Of a DNA stretch of 32,000 nt, positions 1 through 8,066 are shown one piece after another. The stretch lies in the NCBI GenBank assembly GCA_021498095.1, contig JAIZWK010000001.1:450001-482000 (forward strand). The letters run 5' to 3'. How positions within the stretch are numbered: the stretch's first letter is position 1; each line of letters starts with the position of its first letter. The stretch comes from Candidatus Harpocratesius repetitus (lineage in GTDB: Archaea; Asgardarchaeota; Lokiarchaeia; Sigyniarchaeales; Promethearchaeaceae). A model generated the notes under the pieces. The model made no database searches and was not told the origin of the DNA. It worked only from the letters and a program-made list of their open reading frames with translations. Position numbers and translations under genes: made by a program.

Positions 1-569
1 ATTAATGCAGTAATTACGAAGATTCCAGTATTAACAAAAAACCATTGAACTCCTAATCCAAAACTGGAACTAATCAGAATATTTTCCGATGAAGAGAAAG
101 GAGTAAAAATAGAGCCAATATTTATTGTTATTGTAATCCCGTAAAGGTATGGAGAGGGATTTATTTTTAAAATTCGACAGGCTCTAATAGTCAGGGGGAT
201 AAAGATAATCGAAACAGTTACATCTGCAATAATTGAAGCAGTAAAAGTTCCAATAATACAAATAAGGTAGAAGAAAAGTCTGTGATTCCCTTTTGTCAAA
301 TGTAGAGTTTTTACAGCGATCCATTGAAATATTTTATGTCGTTCTGCAATTAAAACGATTACTTGCATAGAAAGTATAAAAATCAGCGGACTCCACTCAA
401 TAGAATCGATTATATTAACATCCTCAAATCTAAAGAAAGTAATCAAACTTGAAATGGCGGCACCTAATAGAGCAAAGGCTACATAGTCTGCATTCTCTTT
501 GCTAAAAATAATCATTATTAAGACAAATATAACAAATGTAACAATAATTGCAAACCAATCATAAGCCAT
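1..569 (-). CDS. ArsB/NhaD (ion transporter superfamily) permease, N-terminal part; runs off the left edge
   Basis: Not in the ORF track; translated by hand from ATG at 569: MAYDWFAIIVTFVIFVLIMIIFSK...IEWSPLIFILSMQVIVLIAERHKIFQWIA...ASIIADVTVSIIFIPLTIRACRILKINPSPYLYGITITINIGSIFTPFSSSENILI. Multiple TM segments; the NIGSIFTPFSSSEN motif matches the N-x-G...TP...N signature of ArsB/NhaD/P-protein permeases. Confidence 0.8.
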   Translation of the reverse strand, partial: MAYDWFAIIVTFVIFVLIMIIFSKENADYVAFALLGAAISSLITFFRFEDVNIIDSIEWSPLIFILSMQVIVLIAERHKIFQWIAVKTLHLTKGNHRLFFYLICIIGTFTASIIADVTVSIIFIPLTIRACRILKINPSPYLYGITITINIGSIFTPFSSSENILISSSFGLGVQWFFVNTGIFVITAL

Positions 570-866
570 CTATAAGTGGTCTCCCCTTTTTTTTTCTCGA
601 TGTTTCTCTAATTTAGTTAGTACGGAATATTACATTTTGAAATTTAATTATTTTTTGATTTCATAGGCGAATAAAGATTTTTTTTATAAAATTTTATAAT
701 AATATTCTTGCAAATAGAAATTTATTCAAATTCCATTGAATTTTCGGATTTACAGCCATATTAATCATACCTTTTTACATAAATTATCATATATCGAGGA
801 ATTTTACAATTGAATTATAAATTAGAAAAATATTTCGAGAAGAACATCTTTAAAAAGCGAAAATCT

Positions 867-874
867 TTTTATAT
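867..874 (+). promoter_or_regulatory. Putative TATA box for RHH gene 1
   Basis: TTTTATAT preceded by a purine-rich BRE-like stretch, followed by ACATAATTA (882-890), which also follows the TATA box upstream of RHH gene 2. Confidence 0.4.
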
Positions 875-1110
875 GAATTCGACATAATTATGATTGTATA
901 TATTTGCGAAGGAAATCGAAGTATGACTATATTCTAGGAGAAATACAGATAACAATCAAAATTTGGGGGATTATATATACTCTTTCCATGAGTAGTCAGT
1001 TAAATCGTGGTATAACTTCGTTTTAGGATGCTTTTCTGAATGTCAATTCATTTTAGAGAAGAAGAGCAAATCTATAATCTTTTTTGAAAGAAATACAGGA
1101 GGATAAAAAA

Positions 1111-1371
1111 ATTAGGATTGTCACTTGTAATGTTCCAATAACGTATTTAACCGCAATTGATAAATTGATCACCTCCGGCAATCATCAAGGACTATATCCT
1201 TCTCGTTCTGAATTGATAAGAATAGCTGTGCGAGAGTTCTTGTTAAAGGAATTAGAAGCAGCTAAGGAGTTTGAAAAGTTAAAATTTCAATCAAGAAATA
1301 AAGATGAGATAATAACTGAATCAAAAGAGATTAACCAACCAGCTATATTAAAAAAAATAAAAACACCATAA
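1111..1371 (+). CDS. Ribbon-helix-helix (CopG/Arc/MetJ-like) transcriptional regulator, paralog 1; probable ATT start at 1111 (ORF track uses TTG 1084)
   Basis: IRIVTCNVP (beta strand), ITYLTAIDKL (helix A), LYPSRSELIRIAVREFL (helix B). GGAGG at 1098-1102 lies 8 nt before the in-frame ATT at 1111. Confidence 0.8.
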   Translation: MRIVTCNVPITYLTAIDKLITSGNHQGLYPSRSELIRIAVREFLLKELEAAKEFEKLKFQSRNKDEIITESKEINQPAILKKIKTP

Positions 1372-1534
1372 TATTTAATACAATAGCCAGTCTTTGCTGA
1401 AACGATTTAAATATTTACTTTTAAAGCTAGATAGCTTTAAATAGTTGACGCTTTTTCCAAAATTGATAAATTATTCTTTCTTCTGACATTTATTATCTAC
1501 TTAATACTAGATAATTTTCTATTAAAACAAAAGG

Positions 1535-1542
1535 ATTATATA
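1535..1542 (+). promoter_or_regulatory. Putative TATA box for RHH gene 2
   Basis: ATTATATA followed by ACATAATTA (1551-1559), the same arrangement as upstream of RHH gene 1. Confidence 0.4.
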
Positions 1543-1766
1543 GAAGTGCAACATAATTAACTATAGTTATTAATTCGATAATCTCGGAAAGATAACAATC
1601 ACCCTTTTACAGGATAGTGTGTTTATCATACTAGGGGAGAGTAGGATACATCAAATAAGTGAAATCATCAATATATTACCTTAACTTAAAACGTGGGTCT
1701 TGCATTTTAACACACAATTCTGTAGATTGAAGTAATGGTATTTCAACATAATAGGAGGAATAACTA

Positions 1767-2060
1767 ATTCGCATTATTACCGTTAATTTACCTGTATCAT
1801 ATCTTAAGGCTATAGATTCACTCACTGGCCAAGAAGGATTGTATCCTTCACGTTCAGAGTTAATTCGTGTAGCAGTAAGAGATTTTTTAATTAGAGAACT
1901 TGAAACTGCAAAATCGTTTCAAAAGTATCAACAAACCCAAGTACCAAATAAGATCACTCATAAACCACTCGATGAAAATATGTTTGTTCAAGTTCCCGTT
2001 AATGAAAATTCAATTAATGGAGTTACTGAATACAAAACCTACCGATTAATAAAAAAATAA
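1767..2060 (+). CDS. Ribbon-helix-helix regulator, paralog 2; probable ATT start at 1767 (ORF track TTG 1839 removes half the domain)
   Basis: The frame upstream of 1839 reads IRIITVNLPVSYLKAIDSLTGQEGLYPSRSELIRVAVRDFL, colinear with paralog 1. In-frame TAA at 1761-1763; GGAGG at 1754-1758; ATT at 1767. Confidence 0.8.
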   Translation: MRIITVNLPVSYLKAIDSLTGQEGLYPSRSELIRVAVRDFLIRELETAKSFQKYQQTQVPNKITHKPLDENMFVQVPVNENSINGVTEYKTYRLIKK

Positions 2061-2105
2061 TATTTTTTATCTCTTTCTCTTTTCTTTTCTTTTCTTTATC
2101 TTATC
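2061..2105 (+). terminator. Pyrimidine/oligo-T tract, archaeal-type terminator
   Basis: Repeated T/C runs immediately after the RHH2 stop codon. Confidence 0.45.
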
Positions 2106-2235
2106 GCATATTTCTCTATAGTCTTGAGTTGTGTGAAAAGAATAATTTCTTTATTTAAACACCATTGGATTTTTTTGGGCTCCCAGAATATTATAAACAA
2201 TAGAAATTAAATAGTAATACAAGTGAAAAATATCC

Positions 2236-4038
2236 ATGAATAACACTTCTTCCCAGATTATCGCTAAAATTGAGGGAAAAACGACTCCATTTGGATTTAA
2301 AATTCGTTTTGAATCCCAGATTCCACGCAAAGCATTTCTAGCTGCAACTCATGGAGAAAAAACGTATATCTTAACAGTAACTAATGTTTGGAATAATGAA
2401 AAGGGTAAATATGGAGAATGCCAGATTATTGGAAATCCTCCATTAACACCATTTCCATTAGATTCAAAAATAAGAAGGGCTCTTCCTGAAGAGATTAAAA
2501 CAGCCATAGGAATGGATACACCTAAAGAAAAAGCGTTGTATTTAGGAGAAATATTTGGAATTCCAGGATTATTAGCAACACCAAATGTTGAAAAACTAGG
2601 TCGAGTTTTTATTACAGGAAAATCTGGCTCTGGAAAATCTTACACTGTTGGCGTACTTATTGAAGAATTAATGAAAAAGCATGTTCCAATAATTATCATT
2701 GATAGACATGGTGAGTATTCATCATTAAAGATTTTAGATGAAACAAATATTCCTGATTCAGAAACCTTTTTCAAAAAAAATGATCCTAACTATACTTTTA
2801 GGAAGCATATTTTAGAATTTGCTGAATTGACATACAATCCTCAAGCAGATTTAGATTTAAAGTATCTTTCAGTTATACAAATGAAGGAATTAATACTACC
2901 AGGTCAATGCATTACGGTTAATTTACGAGGAGTAGATATTCCTATTCAAGAAAATATTATCCAACATTTTCTGGCCAAAATTTATAAAGCCAGTACATTG
3001 AGAGAGATTCCACCACTCTTCATCTTTTTAGATGAAGCACACCTATTTGCTGGAAAAAAATCCAGTAGTCCTCTTGAAACCGTAAAAAGAATTGCCCAAG
3101 AAGGTAGAAAATTTGGTTGCAATTTGGTGGTAATAACTCAAAAACCTCAAGCTTTGGATACTACAATTCGAGCTCAAGCAGGAACTTGGATTATCCATAA
3201 GCTTACAGATATTAACGATATTCGCATCACTACAAGTTCAGCTGAAGGCTTAGATACGCATGATGAGGAGGAAATTCAAAACTTAATGCCGGGAGAAGCA
3301 ATTATCACAGGTGATATCACCCCATTTTGCCCAATTCAAGTAAAAATACGAAAACGTTATACAATTCATGGTGGAACAGGAACAAGCATATTGGAAATTT
3401 TAGGAAAGGAAAAAGAAATTATCCGTTCTGATTTAATCAATAAATTTCGCGAGAAATATACAGAAGAAATTGTGGAAGATGCATCAAAAGAAATTTATCA
3501 AGGTGTTCAGTTATCTACAACTGAATTATTTAATCAAATAGACAATTTACGCCAAAAAAATTACGAATTACAGACAGAAATCAAAAAATTAAAAGAAAAG
3601 CAAGCAGAATTTTTAGAACAATCAAAGTATTCAATGAAACAATCTAAATCTGATGATAATATCCCAGAAGCAAGTGAATTAGCTCATGAAATAGACAAAG
3701 TTCTTACAGATTTGGAAAAAAACACGAATCAATCTACTTCAATAAATCTTCCCAAGCCAGAAGAAATGTATGATGAGAAAATGCTTGAATTAATGGGGGA
3801 ACGAGATGATTTAAAAGCAGAACTCGAGGAAAAGAACAAAATTTTGGAATCAATGAAAAGCAAATTAGATCAAATGATAGAAAAAGTTCAAACATTTGAA
3901 TTAGAAATGTCTGGAATTAAAGTAGAAAATCAAAACCTAAAAGACAAAGTAAAAGCAGAGCAAAAACGAGCAGATGATGCAGTGCAGTTAGCTGAACGAG
4001 CAGTTCAAGCGATGAAAAGAAAAGGAAAATATCGTTAA
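2236..4038 (+). CDS. HerA/FtsK-superfamily (DUF87-type) ATPase with C-terminal coiled coil
   Basis: Walker A GKSGSGKS, IIIIDRHGEY, Walker B FIFLDEAH, QEGRKFG (arginine finger), VITQKP. The last ~170 aa are E/K/Q-rich heptad-like sequence. Confidence 0.85.
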   Translation: MNNTSSQIIAKIEGKTTPFGFKIRFESQIPRKAFLAATHGEKTYILTVTNVWNNEKGKYGECQIIGNPPLTPFPLDSKIRRALPEEIKTAIGMDTPKEKALYLGEIFGIPGLLATPNVEKLGRVFITGKSGSGKSYTVGVLIEELMKKHVPIIIIDRHGEYSSLKILDETNIPDSETFFKKNDPNYTFRKHILEFAELTYNPQADLDLKYLSVIQMKELILPGQCITVNLRGVDIPIQENIIQHFLAKIYKASTLREIPPLFIFLDEAHLFAGKKSSSPLETVKRIAQEGRKFGCNLVVITQKPQALDTTIRAQAGTWIIHKLTDINDIRITTSSAEGLDTHDEEEIQNLMPGEAIITGDITPFCPIQVKIRKRYTIHGGTGTSILEILGKEKEIIRSDLINKFREKYTEEIVEDASKEIYQGVQLSTTELFNQIDNLRQKNYELQTEIKKLKEKQAEFLEQSKYSMKQSKSDDNIPEASELAHEIDKVLTDLEKNTNQSTSINLPKPEEMYDEKMLELMGERDDLKAELEEKNKILESMKSKLDQMIEKVQTFELEMSGIKVENQNLKDKVKAEQKRADDAVQLAERAVQAMKRKGKYR

Positions 4039-4121
4039 TCTTTTCATTTATATTCATAATCATTCAAATCTTTCATAATTATAAGCAAATCCTTTATTAT
4101 ATCCAAGTCTATAAAGGGATT

Positions 4122-4490
4122 ATGAACTGGAAACGTATTCTTCTCAGTATTCCTTTAGGAATGATTATGGGAATTATCTGTATAATCGGTCTTTCTCAAA
4201 GGATTCCAGCCTCTGGTGTTTATCCCAGTATTTCTGTATACCTTTGGGGTGCTTGGTATGAGCGCGTTGTTATGGGCCTTTTAATTGGTTTTGTTGGTGA
4301 TTTAGTGATTATCAAATCAAAAAGAAATCTTCTCAATTCTTTTATTCGAGGTGCGATTTTTGGGTTGATCACATCAGTTGGATATGGATTTTTTCAGCAA
4401 TTTATTGATTTACCATTTTTCTTTGCAGGACTAGTATTTGGTGGAACTATTGATGTAATAGCCACTTATTTTACACGGAAAAAAGAATAA
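4122..4490 (+). CDS. Small ~4-TM membrane protein of unknown function
   Basis: 122-aa ORF with four Gly-rich hydrophobic segments, ATG start and a basic C-terminus. Confidence 0.75.
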   Translation: MNWKRILLSIPLGMIMGIICIIGLSQRIPASGVYPSISVYLWGAWYERVVMGLLIGFVGDLVIIKSKRNLLNSFIRGAIFGLITSVGYGFFQQFIDLPFFFAGLVFGGTIDVIATYFTRKKE

Positions 4491-4516
4491 TTAAGGAGTC
4501 CTCTTAATGGAATATA

Positions 4517-6166
4517 TCATAAACAAAGAGCGGATATTGATTTTTCATACAACGGTTTTCCATTCCAATCAAAGGTAGTAACTTTAATTTTTGCTTCTTT
4601 AATTTGAATACGAACCCAAGAATGCGCAATAATGCCAAATTGTTGATACTTTTCAACTGCTTCATCATTACGAAATGCACTAGAAGACCGACCTCCAAGA
4701 TAGGGTTTGATTTGAGCACGATGTATGGTGGATTCCCAACGATAAGGTACAGTAACAAATGATTTTGGTTGTAAAATTATATCATCAAGCTTTCCTCCAC
4801 CGCCACCATTGACAATAAAAAGAGTCTCTAATTTTGTTTTAGGATTCACTCGATGAAATGCTTCAAAAATATGCGCATGGCCAGATATCACCAAAGGAAT
4901 ATTATATGCATCAATAATAGGTAGAAAAATATCAGCTAATTCATTATCACAACCAAATTCACCTGTGCAGAAAATTGAATTATGCATAATTAAGATCTTT
5001 ATCTTATCCACCTGAGATCTCTTTAAATCATTTACAAATCGCTCCATTTGATTAGAATTGGGGATACGCGGCTTTCTACCGCCATTATACAAATCAATGA
5101 AAAAAAGAATTACAGACCCAAAGTCTAAAGAATAATACAAATCATCTTTACGATAAAAATCTGGAGGCAGTATTGAAGGTTCAGTATAGGGAAACAGACG
5201 TTGCCAGTTACGAATTTTAACTCTCATATCTGCATCATGATTTCCCGAACATGTTAAAAAAGGACGTGTAGCTAAATAATCTCTAAAGGGAGCAAAAAAC
5301 CGGCCCCAATTGGTCCAAAGATAAGCATTCGATATATTATCTCCGCTACTGATAACTAAATCGGCATTAGGACATATCTTTTTTATAGTATCAGCTTCTA
5401 ATTGTATAGAATTTATATCTGAATGTAAATCACTAATAGCCACAATCTCAATCTTATCCTTTTGAAAACAGGAAATATGTTTCGATTCAAGCAAATATCG
5501 AATGGTTTTCTTAGATATATGGAAATGTTCATTTTTTTGGCAGATAGAATTCAGTCGATAAAAGAAACCTGTTGGATATTGATCAAGATTTATATCATAC
5601 CTTAAAAGATACTGTACCTTTTTCTTTGCAATAATCTGCCCTTTTTCTTTTTTTAACGAATCTAAGGATCCGCCAAGGTGAATAACCCGATTTGATTCAA
5701 TTATGTTGCATTCTGGAGTTTCACTCTCGTTGCGACTTTTTGATTTTCTTTTGTTAGGTAATCTTACTCCCCAGAATATAGAGATAATCTCATGATTTAT
5801 CGAATGAGGGATAAGATATGGCCCGAAATTACTCCAATTTTTAATAGATTTGGGTATATACGCATTTTTATCAAAGTAAAAGCGTTTCAGTTTAAACCCC
5901 AGATATATTGGAAATATAAATAAAAATGAGAGTATCAAAGTACAGAAGCATTGCGATAAAAAGAATTCTTCAAACAAGAAAAAAAACGAAATTTCTACCC
6001 CTGAATATGAAAAAAGGAGTAAAAAAAAGAAAGAAACTTTAATTCGTAATTTTTTCAGAACATACCATCTTAACATATATCGCTGTTGAAAAATTATTGT
6101 TGCATAAAAAATGATAAGAAAAAGCCATGTACTTCCATATAAAATGATAATTGTAAGAGTTTTCAT
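4517..6166 (-). CDS. Calcineurin-like metallophosphoesterase with N-terminal TM helices
   Basis: Motifs SDLH, GDN, GNHD, MH and GHAH in canonical order; about three N-terminal hydrophobic helices. Start placed at ATG 6166, which forms an ATGA overlap with the upstream stop. Confidence 0.85.
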   Translation of the reverse strand: MKTLTIIILYGSTWLFLIIFYATIIFQQRYMLRWYVLKKLRIKVSFFFLLLFSYSGVEISFFFLFEEFFLSQCFCTLILSFLFIFPIYLGFKLKRFYFDKNAYIPKSIKNWSNFGPYLIPHSINHEIISIFWGVRLPNKRKSKSRNESETPECNIIESNRVIHLGGSLDSLKKEKGQIIAKKKVQYLLRYDINLDQYPTGFFYRLNSICQKNEHFHISKKTIRYLLESKHISCFQKDKIEIVAISDLHSDINSIQLEADTIKKICPNADLVISSGDNISNAYLWTNWGRFFAPFRDYLATRPFLTCSGNHDADMRVKIRNWQRLFPYTEPSILPPDFYRKDDLYYSLDFGSVILFFIDLYNGGRKPRIPNSNQMERFVNDLKRSQVDKIKILIMHNSIFCTGEFGCDNELADIFLPIIDAYNIPLVISGHAHIFEAFHRVNPKTKLETLFIVNGGGGGKLDDIILQPKSFVTVPYRWESTIHRAQIKPYLGGRSSSAFRNDEAVEKYQQFGIIAHSWVRIQIKEAKIKVTTFDWNGKPLYEKSISALCL

Positions 6167-6993
6167 AGATCTCGTTCCAATTTCCATTGAGGTTTAGTTT
6201 TGCTCAGAAAAGCTTGTACTGCTCGTTGATGATCCTTTGTTGTAAACAAGAAAGAATTGGTCATAGCTTCTCTATCTAATCCTTTTTCTTCAGATTCTCC
6301 ATAAAGATTATCAATTAGATGTTTTCCCATTCCTACTGCCAGAGGTGCAGCTTGAAGGATGGCTTCATGTAGTGTATTCACTTTTTCTAGAAGTTCATCC
6401 ATACTTGGTGCAATATCATTGACAAAACCCATTCGATAAGCTTCGGATGCTGTAATTGAGCGCGCTGCGATGCATATTTCTTTCGCAAATGAAGGATTTA
6501 CTAATCTTGTAATTCTTGTGGTTCCACCAAGATCAGGTATTATTCCAAGCTGAGCCTCTTTCATTTGAAAAACGGAATTAGAAGTAGCGTAGCGAAAGTC
6601 GCAAGCTAAAATCAATTCAAAACCTGATCCATAACATATTCCATCAATAACTGCGATTGTTGGTTTTTCAATTGCTACCAATTTTGAAAAAATTCCTTGT
6701 AATTGGGTACGCATCATATAACGAAACGGTGCACCTTTCAAATTGAGTTTTGGGGCGTTAGGATCAAGCCCAGCCAATAATTTCACATCAATTCCAGCAG
6801 AAAATACATCTTTAACTCGGCTTTTAATATATATTATTCGGACTTCTGACTTTTTGCTTAGTAAATCCAAGTAATCGCTTAGTAGGGTGAACATTTCCCA
6901 ATTTAAAGCGTTCTTTTTCAGAGGTCTGTTAAGCCAAATGGTTGCAATTTGTCCACTTTCATCATATTCAAGTTCAACTAAGGATGATGCCAT
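6163..6993 (-). CDS. Enoyl-CoA hydratase/isomerase (crotonase) family protein
   Basis: LNRPLKKNAL, FSAGID, KPTIAVIDGICYGSGFELILACDFR, FQMKEAQLGIIPDLGGT. Confidence 0.93.
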   Translation of the reverse strand: MASSLVELEYDESGQIATIWLNRPLKKNALNWEMFTLLSDYLDLLSKKSEVRIIYIKSRVKDVFSAGIDVKLLAGLDPNAPKLNLKGAPFRYMMRTQLQGIFSKLVAIEKPTIAVIDGICYGSGFELILACDFRYATSNSVFQMKEAQLGIIPDLGGTTRITRLVNPSFAKEICIAARSITASEAYRMGFVNDIAPSMDELLEKVNTLHEAILQAAPLAVGMGKHLIDNLYGESEEKGLDREAMTNSFLFTTKDHQRAVQAFLSKTKPQWKLERDL

Positions 6994-7080
6994 ATTTTAC
7001 TAGAGCGCGCAAAGCTAATATTTATTGCTATGAATAATGAAAAATTATTAGTAGAATTTCAATTCAAAACAGAGGACATA

Positions 7081-8064
7081 ATGGTGAGAAAAAAGAAACA
7101 ATTTTGCTTAATTATTTCATTAATTTTAGGAATGAGTGTGTTATTTTCCAATTTTTCGCTTATTCGAGCTCAACAATCACAGCAATCTATTGAAACAGAA
7201 TTTAAACCAGGGAATGTTTTTCTCTATAAAAATGAACATTATGATTTAGATAGCCATGGTAATCGATTTCATAATATAACTAAGTGGAGTGAAATCAAAA
7301 TTGATGATATTATATCAAATACGAGTTTAGGAACCACAACTGTAATATTTTCGAAATATGATGCAAATAATGTGAGTTTAGAGGAAATTGAGCAAAATCC
7401 AGATGTCCTCCAGTTTGGATTTCAAACTCCTTTACCCTTTGGTGGGTTTACTTTAGGTGTTATCAATCAGAGCCAACCTTTAAGCAAGTATCAAGTTCTT
7501 TTTAATGAAAAAAATGCATCCATGCAGGATGTTACTTCCGATATACTGATAAATGGGCAGTATAGGATATTTTATTTAAATGAATTGGGATATTTCGATA
7601 CAAAAGTAAATGAATACTCCCAAAACAACGAGGTTAAATATTATAATCTCGAGGGTATCATTCAGAATCAAAGAGAGAGGACATTGCTTGCTACTTTAGA
7701 CGGTGATGCAAATATCTTATTAAACGGGAGTACATACCCAAATCATTTAGCATGGTATAATATATCATTAGATCTAAAATTATATTTGGTATACGGCCAA
7801 AAATCAAATATTCTACTTTCTTATAACATAAATTTCACTATTGCTGAACATTTTCAAGATATTAATACATTAGAAATTACCAATAGGTATCAACGTAAGA
7901 TAATCTTCTGGAATATTCGAAAACCAGATGAACTAACAAAAGATTATCCTATTTTAGAAGTTCTTGATCTACCAGAATTTAACCTAAATACTGTAGCCGG
8001 AATCTCATTAGCTTCTTTTGTTGCTTTGGTATCTGGAATATTTACTCAAAGGAGGCGTAGATAA
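7081..8064 (+). CDS. Secreted/cell-surface protein with C-terminal membrane anchor
   Basis: GAGG at 7072-7075 then ATG 7081; signal-peptide-like MVRKKKQFCLIISLILGMSVLF; C-terminal LPEF + hydrophobic helix + RRRR. Confidence 0.75.
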   Translation: MVRKKKQFCLIISLILGMSVLFSNFSLIRAQQSQQSIETEFKPGNVFLYKNEHYDLDSHGNRFHNITKWSEIKIDDIISNTSLGTTTVIFSKYDANNVSLEEIEQNPDVLQFGFQTPLPFGGFTLGVINQSQPLSKYQVLFNEKNASMQDVTSDILINGQYRIFYLNELGYFDTKVNEYSQNNEVKYYNLEGIIQNQRERTLLATLDGDANILLNGSTYPNHLAWYNISLDLKLYLVYGQKSNILLSYNINFTIAEHFQDINTLEITNRYQRKIIFWNIRKPDELTKDYPILEVLDLPEFNLNTVAGISLASFVALVSGIFTQRRRR

Positions 8065-8066
8065 AT

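Noticed and set aside
1084-4490. Provirus or integrated plasmid (RHH genes plus FtsK/HerA ATPase)
   Set aside because: No integrase, replication protein, capsid gene or att repeats were seen, and composition resembles the flanking genes.
2236-6187. HerA-NurA-Mre11-Rad50 repair operon
   Set aside because: The nearby metallophosphoesterase is convergent and TM-anchored, unlike Mre11; no NurA or Rad50 is present.
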